A DNA stretch of 64,000 nt from Bdellovibrionota bacterium. Its GTDB lineage: Bacteria; Bdellovibrionota_C; UBA2361; OMII01. Made by a program: the position numbers and the translations under genes. The notes beneath the pieces are model-generated. The model searched no databases and had not been told where the DNA came from. It was given only the letters and a program-made list of their open reading frames with translations. The stretch covers positions 2,275 through 66,274 of the forward strand of contig JBILFA010000003.1 in the NCBI GenBank assembly GCA_044351795.1, given 5' to 3'. How positions within the stretch are numbered: position 1 is the stretch's first letter; each line of letters opens with the position of its first letter. This document shows positions 1-10,037 of this stretch, piece after piece.

Positions 1-191
1 CGAAAACGGGGTTCAGACGTCCAAAGTTCACATTCGCAACGATGGGTATAGCTGCTTCCGGTCCGGCGAGCGGCAATTATCAGGCGTAAGTGAATTCTCC
101 CGCCGTGCGATCAGTATCCCTTGTGGATGGTGGGTTTCGCGATCGCAGCGTGAATGGATAATCGAGTTGATCGCAGCTTTTAAGTAATATC

Positions 192-1085
192 ATGGTGGAA
201 ATACGAACCATAGAGGAGTGCGGTGGAGCATATCTTCAGGGTTTTGTAGATCTTGTTGATCATGTTTTTATTCGAGACAGATGTCGTTCCGGCAGCATGC
301 TGAGACGCTATCCAAGTCTCTTCCGAGTGGAAAATTGGAGGAATCTTTTCACTGCATGGTGCGACGGACAGTTGATCGGCACCGCAGGCGTCAAGGAGCT
401 TGATGGGGTAATAGACGACTGTGCAGTTCGCGGCGCTATGGTGGGATTGGTAGCAGTGAGGTCTACGTTTCGTAGGCAAGGATTTGGGGCGACGTTGATC
501 GCCAGGGTTTCTGACGTTCTAGCTTCGCGTGGTCTCGATTTTTCTGTCTTGTGGACGACGACGCCTGGTTTCTACTCCTCCATCGGATGGTCCGCACGGG
601 ACAATGGTGTGTTTGCGCAACTCAGCAACTCGCATTGGTCGGGGCATTCGTTCGCCGATTCCAAGTTGTCAGAGTCTGTGCAAGAGATCGAGCGGGTGAG
701 GAGAATTTGGCAGCCCGTGCATTTTTCGCGTACGGCACTCGACTATTCTGCAGTACCTCCATCTGTAGATGCCGTAACTTGCCTTAGAGCAGGTAGCACT
801 TACGGTGACGGTGCCTATGCCATCGTTGGAATCAAAGGAAGCGCCGGGAGCGTTTATGAGTTCGTCGGAAGTCCTCAATGCTATCAAGAGCTTTGGGATA
901 AGCTTATTGCACGGTTTTCGGTCGTTTACATCAACGATTGTGAGGGCTCCGCGTCCTTTAAATGGATGTGTCAAAACACTGAGTTGGTTTGGAATCGACA
1001 GTCTCTTGCCATGTGGATGACTTCCGATCGCCCCTGTGAAACCAACACACGTTTCATGCATATTCCCTATTTTGATCGCATTTAG
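192..1085 (+). CDS. GNAT-family N-acetyltransferase (two-domain size)
   Basis: 297-aa ORF. Acetyl-CoA motif A 'VAVRSTFRRQGFGATLIARV' (R/Q-x-x-G-x-G/A) lies in the N-terminal half. The C-terminal half is unassigned. Confidence 0.7.
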   Translation: MVEIRTIEECGGAYLQGFVDLVDHVFIRDRCRSGSMLRRYPSLFRVENWRNLFTAWCDGQLIGTAGVKELDGVIDDCAVRGAMVGLVAVRSTFRRQGFGATLIARVSDVLASRGLDFSVLWTTTPGFYSSIGWSARDNGVFAQLSNSHWSGHSFADSKLSESVQEIERVRRIWQPVHFSRTALDYSAVPPSVDAVTCLRAGSTYGDGAYAIVGIKGSAGSVYEFVGSPQCYQELWDKLIARFSVVYINDCEGSASFKWMCQNTELVWNRQSLAMWMTSDRPCETNTRFMHIPYFDRI

Positions 1086-1198
1086 GCAGATGCCTCATTG
1101 ATATCCGCTGGTATCTAATTTGCACTGCTCTACACCTGATCTGACAGTCTTCCTTTTAAGAGAGCTGGCTTTCAAGCGTAACCGTCCACTGAGCGACG

Positions 1199-1516
1199 TT
1201 ATTGCGCCTCAAGATCAGACTTCAGGGGCTGTTGAGCGAAGATCTCCTTCCACCGAATTGGCGTGAGGTCAGCGACATGCGCGGCTTTGCCGGTGGAGCT
1301 CCTCTGGAGCACATCAACAAAATAGGAGTACGGATTGGTCCCGTGTAGCCTGCACGTAACAAGGAGCGACTGAATCTTCCCGACATACTTGGCGCCAACC
1401 TCACTCCAGCAGAAAAGCCAATTCTTGCGCCACATGGGAATCGGCCGTAGCGCCCTCTCGACGAATACGAAGGACTTCCGCTGACTCCGCCTCTCGAATC
1501 GACACCTCAATCTCAC
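1199..1516 (-). pseudogene. IS66-family transposase, C-terminal remnant only
   Basis: Translation 'FVERALRPIPMWRKNWLFCWSEVGAKYVGKIQSLLVTCRLHGTNPYSYFVDVLQR...DLTPIRW' matches the conserved C-terminal block of IS66 transposases (ERALR-x4-GRKNWLF...SL-x-TC-x3-G-x-P-x2-Y-x-DVL...LLP-x-W). Only about 100 of the roughly 500 aa expected are present. An in-frame stop lies just upstream at 1544-1546. No DDE core, accessory ORFs or terminal repeats were seen. Confidence 0.7.
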
Positions 1517-1656
1517 AACGAATCCTCGGGGCTGGTCTCTGGATCATCGATGATTGGGGCGTCGTCTCTATGCGTCGAGACATCGCCGAAGAGATCTTCG
1601 ACCTCCTCGGCAGCGTCGCCACTGCTCTGAAAATACCGGGAACTAGACTCTCTCGA

Positions 1657-2628
1657 TTACCAATGCGGGTCAGATTTTGTCAGATGCTGACAAACGTAGT
1701 CTTGGATCCCCTCTTCGAGCGAGTGGAAAGGTTTTGTAAAGCCCGCATGGGTGAGCTTCGACATCGGGGCTTCAGTGAAGTACTGATACTGATTCCGCAG
1801 ATGAGCCGGCATCTCGATGTATTCAATCTGAGGAGTGCGCTTTAATGACTGGAATACCGACCCTACGAGATCGTTCCACGAGCGAGCCTTGCCCGATCCT
1901 ATATTGAAGAGCCCGTTGGCTGCTCGATTGTTGAGGAGCCACCACATGACCTCACAGCAATCCTTCACATACACGAAGTCCCGCATCTGCTCGCCGTCTT
2001 TGTACTCAGGTCGATACGACTTGAAGAGAGAGAATGTCCCCACTTCCTGAATCTTGTTGAACGCCTTCCACACGACGCTCGCCATATCTTCCTTGTAGTA
2101 TTCATTGGGGCCGTACACGTTGAAGAATTTAAGCCCGGCAATGTGGGAAAAGAGCCCCTGTTTTCGAGCCCAGAGGTCAAGGAGGTGCTTGGAGTAACCA
2201 TATCCGTTCAGGGGGGCGAGCTCGCTCAATCGAGCCTCATCATCTTCGTATCCCAGGGCGCCGTCTCCGTAGGTTGCGGCGCTGCTTGCGTATATGAAAC
2301 GGATACTTCGACGAATCGAATACTCCGCCAGTGTTTTGGTATACTCGTAGTTGTTCTGAAGTAAGTACTCCATGTTGCGTTCGGTAGTGCTGGAGCAGGC
2401 ACCGAGGTGAATTACGGCCTCTACGGAAGCAGGTAAAGAATCACTCTTCACCATCTCCATGAAGCGGTCTTTGTGAACGTACTCTCGGAAGGATTTGCGA
2501 ACGAGGTTCTTCCATCGCGGAGAGCTTGCCAGCTCATCGACAATCAAGATGTCCTTGACGCCCTCAGAGTTGAGTTTTGCTACGAAAGCACTTCCTATAA
2601 AACCGGCACCGCCTGTAACTATGAACAT
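1657..2628 (-). CDS. hldD: ADP-L-glycero-D-manno-heptose 6-epimerase
   Basis: 323 aa. N-terminus 'MFIVTGGAGFIGSAFVAKLNSEGVKDILIVD' is a Rossmann GxxGxxG. SDR Y-x3-K is present ('YGYSKHLLD'). Length and order are collinear with E. coli HldD/RfaD. Confidence 0.9.
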   Translation of the reverse strand: MFIVTGGAGFIGSAFVAKLNSEGVKDILIVDELASSPRWKNLVRKSFREYVHKDRFMEMVKSDSLPASVEAVIHLGACSSTTERNMEYLLQNNYEYTKTLAEYSIRRSIRFIYASSAATYGDGALGYEDDEARLSELAPLNGYGYSKHLLDLWARKQGLFSHIAGLKFFNVYGPNEYYKEDMASVVWKAFNKIQEVGTFSLFKSYRPEYKDGEQMRDFVYVKDCCEVMWWLLNNRAANGLFNIGSGKARSWNDLVGSVFQSLKRTPQIEYIEMPAHLRNQYQYFTEAPMSKLTHAGFTKPFHSLEEGIQDYVCQHLTKSDPHW

Positions 2629-2721
2629 AGCTTCAAGAATACTCGCCCTTGGCTAGTGATGTCTAGAGCAGCATAGAAGTTGCATTTCGGGTTCTTAGTG
2701 GATTAGTTACAATGAAGACAT

Positions 2722-3444
2722 ATGGTTAAGTCGCAAAAATCTTTTCTGACCGCTGTGTGGAGAGACCTTGTCATGCTCAACTGGGAGGTCTCGGAGTCGC
2801 TGCTGCTACCCTATCTGCCGCGTGGCGTAGAGTTCGATGCGCTGCACTCTAAATTGTACGTAAGTATCGTCGCATTCCGTTTTCTCGAGACGAGGGTACT
2901 GGGTTGTCCTGTGCCGTGGCATCGTGATTTCGAAGAGGTCAATCTACGGTTTTATGTCCGTCGGAAGGTTGCGGGAGAGGTTCGTCGCGGCGTTGTTTTT
3001 ATACGTGAGTACGTGCCCCGCTTCTGGGTGGCGGCGCTTGCTCGAGCGCTCTACAACGAGCGCTATCGCGCTGTTTCAATGAGTCACGAAGTCGTTACTA
3101 CGCAGCAACGAATTCAAGCAACCTATAGCTGGAGGGATTCGGGTGCGCAGCATCATGTGCGCACACTGGCGGAAGGCGCGCCGAGCCTGGCAAGTCCCGA
3201 CTCGCGCGAGATGTTCATAGCGGAACACTATTGGGGGTACTCACGACTGCGAGACGGTTCAACCATAGAGTATCGTGTCGAGCATCCATCGTGGCGCATA
3301 TGGACTGATTGCCAGGTTGAAATTTCGAGCGGCGTTGGAGCTTCCTACGGTGCGGAGTGGTTGGAGGTGCTCGGCCGAGCACCTGACTTCTCCTTTATTG
3401 CGGAGGGCTCGCCGGTTTCGGTGTTTTGGGGAGCTCGCTTGTAG
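2722..3444 (+). CDS. DUF2071 (YqjF-like) family protein
   Basis: 240 aa. 'FLTAVWRDLVMLNWEVSESLLLPYLPRGVEFD...VSIVAFRFLETRVLGCPVPWHRDFEEVNLRFYV' matches the DUF2071 N-terminal pattern as I recall it. Confidence 0.6.
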   Translation: MVKSQKSFLTAVWRDLVMLNWEVSESLLLPYLPRGVEFDALHSKLYVSIVAFRFLETRVLGCPVPWHRDFEEVNLRFYVRRKVAGEVRRGVVFIREYVPRFWVAALARALYNERYRAVSMSHEVVTTQQRIQATYSWRDSGAQHHVRTLAEGAPSLASPDSREMFIAEHYWGYSRLRDGSTIEYRVEHPSWRIWTDCQVEISSGVGASYGAEWLEVLGRAPDFSFIAEGSPVSVFWGARL

Positions 3445-5374
3445 TAGCTCGTAAAGCAACCCCCAGTCGTCGTGAGTCGCTGCTCGTGCTCCGAGAAGCC
3501 GGAGAAGAAACCCGCTTCACCCTGATTAGCAAAGGAAGATCTTCCGGGCGTAGGTTTGAGGGCGCGTTGACCTCGAATGCCTTCCACTCGCCTGGAACTG
3601 GTAAGGCGAGAGTCGTCAGTGTGTCTCCACGACTTGTGGTAATTGAAAGTGTTTGATCGGCCCATGGGGTCATCGCTTCGAGGGTGAACTGGTGGGGTAG
3701 CGCCATCGTCGAGTCGAGCTCGAGGTTCGTGACGCGATTCGAAAGCCAGCAGTGTGACTCCCGCGAGTTTGTGCACGATGGGCTCACCGTAGAGCCGCTC
3801 ACAACAAACGAGAGCTTGGCAGGGGCTAGAAGTGCGAGTTCCTGGATCCTCTCGGCTGGTACACGGAATATCGTGATCGAAGGGTTCTCCGGCACTCGCT
3901 GAGGAGTCCTTACCCCGTCGATCGTTGATTCCTGGGGGAGTTTTTGGCGAAGATGCTCTGAAAAGCTGATGTTGCTCGGTGTCACGATGTAGTCGTAACC
4001 GCGTTGCGCTAGCTGTGCAGCGGTGGACTCTGCAGGATTGAAGGAGTCCACGCCGGAGAGAGCAAAGAGGTGAACCGGAATCTGGAGTGGTCCCGCTACG
4101 GCGATCTCGGAGTCTCGTAAGCGGTCCTCACTGAGCCAGTTGGCGAGCGTATCGCGTGAATCCGTGCGCTGTGTTGCTTCAACTATGGTGCTGATCGATA
4201 GGCGACCTATCTGGACGAGCGAGAGAGCCGCTACTGTGAGGTATAGTGCCACTCGAGATGTTGAGCGTGGGATGCGTGAGAGGACCGCGTGCAGTCCAAG
4301 AGCAGCTAAGATGGCAACGTAAGGAACTATTACGACCATGTTCCTAGTAAAATTCGCCTTTTGCATGATCATCAAACCGGCATAGGCCAAGGGAAATGAG
4401 AGCAGGACGAGAGCTTTTGGATCTTTGCGCACAACTAGAGCGATTAGTCCAAGCGAAGCGAGTAGTGCGGGCACAAGCCCGACTCCTTCATGGAGAAGCC
4501 AGCGGCCATAGAAGATCGCCTGTGGAACTCCTCGGGGGGCATTGTTTCCTTCGTGGCCTGCTACACCGTAGTGCCACAGCTCGAATGTCAGGTCTTTCCA
4601 AAATTCCGCAAATGAAACGAGTATGTACGGACTCCCAAGTAAGAGCCCGATAAGCGGAACGAGCAGCGGGATGATGACCGGGAGTCGCCCCCGACCCTTG
4701 AGGTACCACACCGCCAACGGCGCGAGAGCTATCGGCGCAGCATTGTATTTTGCGGATCCCGCAAGCCCTGCAAGCAGTGCGCACAAGGTGAGCTTCTTGA
4801 GGGAAAATCTTTGGTATGTCCAGATGCTAGCAGCGGTGCATGCTAAGCACAAAACCGCCATGATCATGTCTACGCCGATAATGTAAGAGTTTCGCAATAC
4901 TTCAGTCGATACGGCAGTCGTGCATGCCGCAAAGGCGCTGACTGCGATTGAAGAAGAGAGCTGATACGCGAGGATGAAGGTCAACGCTATCAGGATAAGG
5001 GCCGAGGCGACGCTACCAAACCTGCTCCATCGCAGAACGGTTTGGTGTGAGGCTGTGTAAGCGTATTTCGCAAGTCCGTAAGGATCTCTGGTCCTCACAT
5101 CTTTGATGCTCTGCAGCTCCCCGCGTCGCTTAGACCAGGCAACGCTAGCTAAGACGACCGGGATGCGCAGATAGAAGTGAAGGGACGGTTTCTTGAAGTA
5201 GTGCGGGTTGAGATCTCTGCTCTTGGCCATCTCAACGGTGCGGTTAAAGTGATGACCATCGTCCTCATGCCGAAAGTAGCGGGTGTTCGCTTCAACCAAA
5301 GGGCGATACAAAGCGAACGCCGCACCAACGATGATGACAAGGACGCAAACAGGGCCGAGAGAGCGCAAGCGCAT
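3395..5374 (-). CDS. GT-C fold glycosyltransferase-like membrane protein (family 39 / ArnT-PMT-like)
   Basis: 659 aa. About 10 predicted TM helices occupy the first 400 aa. The first loop 'HEDDGHHFNRTVEMAKSRDLNPHYFKKPSLHFYL' resembles the DE...hPPL loop of carrier-lipid-dependent glycosyltransferases. A soluble C-terminal domain follows. Confidence 0.55.
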   Translation of the reverse strand: MRLRSLGPVCVLVIIVGAAFALYRPLVEANTRYFRHEDDGHHFNRTVEMAKSRDLNPHYFKKPSLHFYLRIPVVLASVAWSKRRGELQSIKDVRTRDPYGLAKYAYTASHQTVLRWSRFGSVASALILIALTFILAYQLSSSIAVSAFAACTTAVSTEVLRNSYIIGVDMIMAVLCLACTAASIWTYQRFSLKKLTLCALLAGLAGSAKYNAAPIALAPLAVWYLKGRGRLPVIIPLLVPLIGLLLGSPYILVSFAEFWKDLTFELWHYGVAGHEGNNAPRGVPQAIFYGRWLLHEGVGLVPALLASLGLIALVVRKDPKALVLLSFPLAYAGLMIMQKANFTRNMVVIVPYVAILAALGLHAVLSRIPRSTSRVALYLTVAALSLVQIGRLSISTIVEATQRTDSRDTLANWLSEDRLRDSEIAVAGPLQIPVHLFALSGVDSFNPAESTAAQLAQRGYDYIVTPSNISFSEHLRQKLPQESTIDGVRTPQRVPENPSITIFRVPAERIQELALLAPAKLSFVVSGSTVSPSCTNSRESHCWLSNRVTNLELDSTMALPHQFTLEAMTPWADQTLSITTSRGDTLTTLALPVPGEWKAFEVNAPSNLRPEDLPLLIRVKRVSSPASRSTSSDSRRLGVALRATTSELPKTPKPASPPQ

Positions 5375-5399
5375 AACGTTAACCGTACGGCGTTGATGC

Positions 5400-6053
5400 T
5401 CAGCGACGCAAGAAGAGCTCTTCGCGAGGTATACGAACTTTCTTCAATGCCGCGGATTGATCCTGCTCCGCACGATATCCCAAAGCGCACGCTACTTTAG
5501 TTTTCAAGCCCAGCTCCTTGAGTCCCAAGATGTCGTCGTACGCGACCGGATCGATACCTTCCAGTGGGCATGCGTCTATATGGAGGATGGCGGCGGTGGA
5601 AAGTAGGAGTCCGAGGGCGAGATATGCTTGGTGGGTACACCAGGACTCTATGGATCCTCGTGCCTGAAGACCTTCAAGGAAGGATATGATCACTCCGCGA
5701 TAGGAGGTGAGGGTCTCTGCAGAGGTTTCCCGAATCTGACAGATGTGGCCCATGGCGTCATCGACCTCCGATTCCCCCATCGAAGCTTTGGACGCGAGCA
5801 CGATAAAGCGCGAGCTCTCGACAACTTGAGGTTGGTTCCAGGAGACGGCACGCAGCCTCTCTCGCACGCTGTCGTCCCTAACGGTGATCGCTCGCCACGG
5901 CTGTAGCCCAAACGAGGACGGTGCTTGGAGCAGCGCCTGCTCCAGAGTTTCCCAATCGCGATCCGAGATGGTCTTGGTTGAATCGAATTTTTTGGTCGCG
6001 TAACGCCACATGAGCTGGCGCTCGACGGTTTCGTTCATCACATGAGCAGTCAT
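5400..6053 (-). CDS. nitroreductase-family NAD(P)H oxidoreductase
   Basis: 'RYATKKFDSTKTISDRDWETLEQALLQAPSSFGLQPWRAITV' is the typical NfsB/oxygen-insensitive nitroreductase N-terminus. I chose the ATG at 6053, which is preceded by AAGGTGA. The ORF track start at 6101 would overlap the upstream gene. Confidence 0.8.
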   Translation of the reverse strand: MTAHVMNETVERQLMWRYATKKFDSTKTISDRDWETLEQALLQAPSSFGLQPWRAITVRDDSVRERLRAVSWNQPQVVESSRFIVLASKASMGESEVDDAMGHICQIRETSAETLTSYRGVIISFLEGLQARGSIESWCTHQAYLALGLLLSTAAILHIDACPLEGIDPVAYDDILGLKELGLKTKVACALGYRAEQDQSAALKKVRIPREELFLRR

Positions 6054-6078
6054 AGATTTCACCTTGTTCAAGTATACA

Positions 6079-6954
6079 TTAATCCCATCCTCCCTCGGCA
6101 TGCGAGAGGACTATCAAAGACCCGGCGGGAAGTCGTCGAGGGGTTTCGCTCTCTGCCAACGAAAGCGATTCGATCGAAGCTTGGACATCCCGGTCTTTAA
6201 AATGATCCAACATAATGTTTCGAGCAACGTCGGAGGTGCTGGCAGTCGAGTGATTCGTGAAGAAAACCACCCCTGCTGCAGGGTCTAGTACGCTGAGGCA
6301 CAGAGAAACTATCTCCGGAGCTTTCTCTTCGAGAGTCCACGAGTTGTTCTTGGAGACTCGACTAAATGACGGAGGGTCAATAATGATGATATCGTAACGG
6401 CTGCCCTTGCGAAACTCTCTCGCCATGAACCCGAGCGCGTCGTCGGTGATCCAACGAACCTTGTCTGTTGCTATATTGCTGCTCGTCGCGTTCTTTTTAG
6501 CCCACTCAATCGCACGTTTCGCGAGATCCACATGAGTGACGAATGCATGCGGATGCTTTGCGCAAAAGGCAGTCGCAAGTCCGGTATATGCGAAGAGGTT
6601 CAGGATCTTCAACGGGCGCTTCACCCTCTGGTATAACCTCTCGAGGAACTCATTGAGCATCGGTAAATATATAGCGTGTTCCGGAAAGATGCCTAGTTGC
6701 CCATTGGACATCAATTCGAGATTGAGATCTACGCCAGCGATGTTGGCATCCCAGGTCGTGAAGGGTTTTCCCCGAAACTCCCAACGATCGGGGGGAAGGT
6801 AGATCGCATCTGCTTGGTCCCACAGGGACGTCGGATGACGTCTTTCCCAGGCGCTTAGCGAAGAGGGGCGATTGATGATCTTGGAGCCGAACCGCTCCAG
6901 CTTCCGTTGATCACCGGAGTCTAGAAGGGCATAGCCGTGAATTTGCTCGGTCAT
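6079..6954 (-). CDS. class I SAM-dependent methyltransferase (RlmI/Methyltrans_SAM-like)
   Basis: 291 aa. 'YALLDSGDQRKLERFG' N-terminus, SAM motif I 'ILNLFAYTGLATAF' and motif IV 'DIIIIDPPSF'. Confidence 0.7.
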   Translation of the reverse strand: MTEQIHGYALLDSGDQRKLERFGSKIINRPSSLSAWERRHPTSLWDQADAIYLPPDRWEFRGKPFTTWDANIAGVDLNLELMSNGQLGIFPEHAIYLPMLNEFLERLYQRVKRPLKILNLFAYTGLATAFCAKHPHAFVTHVDLAKRAIEWAKKNATSSNIATDKVRWITDDALGFMAREFRKGSRYDIIIIDPPSFSRVSKNNSWTLEEKAPEIVSLCLSVLDPAAGVVFFTNHSTASTSDVARNIMLDHFKDRDVQASIESLSLAESETPRRLPAGSLIVLSHAEGGWD

Positions 6955-7304
6955 ATGAGGGAGTATGGCATGTGTGGTTTAGTATTTCATCCCCGCCTGG
7001 GAGATTATCGGGGCCGTGGGAGCGGAGTGCGGCCGGGTCCGGCAGGCTCGAGTGGGCTGCTGGAAAGAGTGGCCTCAAACTATATCGAGGCGAAAGCACA
7101 AAAACTCTCCCCTCGGAGTGCTAACGGATTCCTCGGGCAAAGTCATCCGGTCCGCGGCTCTCCAGCCACTCTATATCCGGAAACCCTAAAAACGTCAGGT
7201 CGATGAACTAGTTGCAATTCATCTTTTGTCCGAGCCCGTTTGAGCCGATAGATTTTATGTGTGAAGTGTCGCCGTAAATAGTTACGGATAGAAGTTCAAG
7301 AGGT

Positions 7305-7559
7305 GTGTCTGTGCAAAGTCGTTCCAAAGAACAAGAGGTGCAGTTTTACCTCGATCGAAGTCAAGAAGCTCTCATTACAGTTCTCAGAAGCATAATAGGA
7401 AACCCCCGTATGTCGGGCGAGGAGCAGTTCCGCATCCTACGTACGCTGGAGCAACATCATCGCCAAATAGCCGATCTGATAGGGCAGCGCCTCACCGATG
7501 GGGAGAGGCAAGGCTACGAGTTGGCAGGGGTGCCCATCCCTGCGCACTTGGCTCGCTAG
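7305..7559 (+). CDS. hypothetical small protein
   Basis: 84-aa ORF with a GTG start after AAGAGG. It sits in an otherwise empty intergenic region. No recognisable motif. Confidence 0.35.
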   Translation: MSVQSRSKEQEVQFYLDRSQEALITVLRSIIGNPRMSGEEQFRILRTLEQHHRQIADLIGQRLTDGERQGYELAGVPIPAHLAR

Positions 7560-7615
7560 CTCGGGCAGGGGGGGCAAATCTTTTGGATAGCAGCCGCCTT
7601 CGTGCGGCTCTTTTC

Positions 7616-8455
7616 TTAATCCTGCTGGCCCGACGTGGCTATAGCAACGGTGGGTTGGTGGAACGCTGCAAAGCTGTGTGGGGTGATGCCTCTGTGCATG
7701 ACTCTGAAGCGGAAGATATCTCTGAACATCGAAAGAGCGTCGGTAACGAGGTTTACCTTCGATCCAGCCACATTTGTCCAATTGATGGCTACTTCTGCTA
7801 TCTTCAAGTTCGCTTTGCGCGCGAGAAACAGGATTTCGACGTCGAAGCTGAATCGATCGGAGCGCTGATGCTTGAACAAGAACATAGCGCTTTCACGAGA
7901 AAACATCTTGAAGCCGCATTGCGTGTCGGCGATATCGGGAACAAGGATCCGATTGACACACCAGTTAAACACGCGGCCGAGGCACCGTCGATGAATAGAG
8001 GTTTGGACCTTCGTCTCCTTAGAGGCGAGAGCGCGAGATCCTATGGCAATATCAGCGCCGCTATCGAGCGCTGCTGAGAGTCGAGACACCTCTTGAATGG
8101 GTGTAGAACCGTCTGCGTCGGCGAAAAGGATCCTTTTGCCTCCGCTGTTGAGCACTCCCAAGCGCACCGCGTGTCCTTTGCCATAGTTTCGAGGCAATTG
8201 AATGAGCTTGACGCAGGAGCGTACTCTTTCGAATTTGCGTACCACCTCGGAGGTTCTGTCGGTGCTTCCGTCGTCGACTACAATTACTTCGTAATCCTTT
8301 CCGGCCCTATCGAAGTAATCTACGATATCGATCAGTGTGGGGGGAAGTCTACGTTCCTCGTTGAATGCAGGCACAACGATACTCAAATCAACCGGAGAGC
8401 CAGTCTCAGTTTGGCGCTCAATCCAGCTTGTGTAATGTTCCGGTGTTTGTGTCAT
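7616..8455 (-). CDS. family 2 glycosyltransferase (polyprenyl-phosphate sugar transferase-like)
   Basis: 279 aa. Motifs 'LSIVVPAFNEERRLPPTL', 'VIVVDDGSTDRT' and 'FADADGSTP' (DxD). Confidence 0.85.
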   Translation of the reverse strand: MTQTPEHYTSWIERQTETGSPVDLSIVVPAFNEERRLPPTLIDIVDYFDRAGKDYEVIVVDDGSTDRTSEVVRKFERVRSCVKLIQLPRNYGKGHAVRLGVLNSGGKRILFADADGSTPIQEVSRLSAALDSGADIAIGSRALASKETKVQTSIHRRCLGRVFNWCVNRILVPDIADTQCGFKMFSRESAMFLFKHQRSDRFSFDVEILFLARKANLKIAEVAINWTNVAGSKVNLVTDALSMFRDIFRFRVMHRGITPHSFAAFHQPTVAIATSGQQD

Positions 8456-8487
8456 GTGGTGGGCACAAGAAACTACTTGGTGATCTG

Positions 8488-9579
8488 TTAGTCTGTGTCG
8501 ACTGAAAGGATATCCTGAAGCAGCTTTTCCGACAAAGACTCTATCGCGTCGTTCGGAAGGGCCTCCTCGAGTTCCGGCGGCGGTGGTGCAAGGTCACTCG
8601 ATACTATTCTATCATTCACAGTTCTGGGCGGCCGATTAACGAAGATGTGCGGTGTCTGTTCCGGAGTAATGTCGTTCTTACTGCGGACAAGCCAAGTGAT
8701 AGGCCTTTCCTCGCTGCTTCCGGCTAGCCGCCGAAAAATACGGCCAAGTTCTTCGGGGCTGAGGTAAAATTGCGGAGGCAGCGGGCTAGAGGGTGTTTTT
8801 AGCTTGCCTGCGAGGCATCGATACCAGATATCCACCACTCGACACGATCGTTCAAACGGGTCATCTGGTAGTGTAGGGGAGCGGGTGCCGATCGCTTTCA
8901 TGAGCTTGCAGAGTCTCGCAGCACCCAGGCCTGCACGCTGAAGGATCATAAGTGCAACTTGCAGACTGTTGCACTGCCATCTATCGAATTCAAAGCTCCA
9001 ATCAAATGGGATTTCTCTTGCTCGTAGATGTCGGGTGTATTTCAAGAAGCCATCCGGATCGTGGCGGATGAACGAAAAAAACGCTAGAAATCGAAAGCCG
9101 CCGCAAAGCAGCCCGGTTCCCATGCCCACAGAGGGAAGCATCCCACCGATGATTGCTCCGATGTTGAGCCCCCTCTGTAGTAGGCTCGTTGCATTCTCGA
9201 AGAGCGGCCGATCGCAATACTTCGCGGCTTGTCGGTGATAAAAGATGAACGAGAGAAGATACGCATGCTCCTCCCCCGAAAAGGCGTGCAAAAGCTCAGG
9301 GGCTCCAAACGGTTCGTTGGAAGGAGGAAGCACCTCCGGCCTCAGACAATTACACACGTAGTAATAGCTTGCTTCAAGATTTTTGCTTTTAAGGAAGCGT
9401 GACATGAAAAAGCGGCCATAATCCGAGAGGGTAGAGGGCTCTGCTTCGAAATCGGACAGGAGTAACCGAACAACGCTTGTCACGGATGTGGGAAGCGTGC
9501 CGAGTGAAAGAGCAAACGCCGTAGCGTACTCCCAGCTCTCGCTCGTAAAACCGCCATCGAAGTGTAATTCATCGTCCAT
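8488..9579 (-). CDS. hypothetical protein
   Basis: 363-aa ORF with coding-like composition and no recognisable catalytic motif. A weak resemblance to HDOD-type helical domains is not supportable by eye. Confidence 0.5.
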   Translation of the reverse strand: MDDELHFDGGFTSESWEYATAFALSLGTLPTSVTSVVRLLLSDFEAEPSTLSDYGRFFMSRFLKSKNLEASYYYVCNCLRPEVLPPSNEPFGAPELLHAFSGEEHAYLLSFIFYHRQAAKYCDRPLFENATSLLQRGLNIGAIIGGMLPSVGMGTGLLCGGFRFLAFFSFIRHDPDGFLKYTRHLRAREIPFDWSFEFDRWQCNSLQVALMILQRAGLGAARLCKLMKAIGTRSPTLPDDPFERSCRVVDIWYRCLAGKLKTPSSPLPPQFYLSPEELGRIFRRLAGSSEERPITWLVRSKNDITPEQTPHIFVNRPPRTVNDRIVSSDLAPPPPELEEALPNDAIESLSEKLLQDILSVDTD

Positions 9580-10037
9580 GAAATATGCTTGTTTCAGTTA
9601 TAAAATGTATCGGCTAGATTCTTCTAAACCTGATACGTCATGTAGAAGTGGGTGCGCATAACTACCGCTCCGCTAGGCGAATAAGGCGTCAACTGCCTTA
9701 AAAGTATACCCCGCTTTGTCGTGTCTTAAAATGGGGATTCAGGACACACTTTGAAACCGGGTTCTGTTGGGGCGATATTCGTCGGCACCATGAGGAGAGC
9801 TGGACCATGAGGTTTTTTCGAGGGGCACGAGATATCCGTTACATGAGACAAATGGAGCGACTGATCGCGGGGGCTCTTGCGGCTGGCAAGCTTGCCGACG
9901 AGGGCGGCTCTGATTCGAGTCAAATCGAAGCGGCTACCGCACTCGCTCGCTTCTCGAATATAATGTACCAGTCTTCAACGCTGGCGAGCTGATCGAGCGA
10001 ATTGCGGAGATGGTAACGAGTACAGGAGGTGGGAGTG

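Noticed and set aside
1-89. 3' end of a + strand ORF ending at TAA 87-89 ('...FATMGIAASGPASGNYQA')
   Set aside because: Only about 28 codons are visible and they have no motif. I cannot support a call.
3395-3444. 50-nt tail-to-tail overlap of the DUF2071 and GT-C ORFs, and the 17-nt overlap of the kinase and nuoB at 23500-23516
   Set aside because: Convergent 3' overlaps of this size occur in compact genomes. The GT-C tail is low-complexity. There is no evidence of frameshift or fusion, so I do not treat these as a separate signal.
9807-9992. 61-aa ORF upstream of the NUDIX gene
   Set aside because: It is short and Ala/Gly-rich, with no motif or convincing RBS. It is left uncalled.
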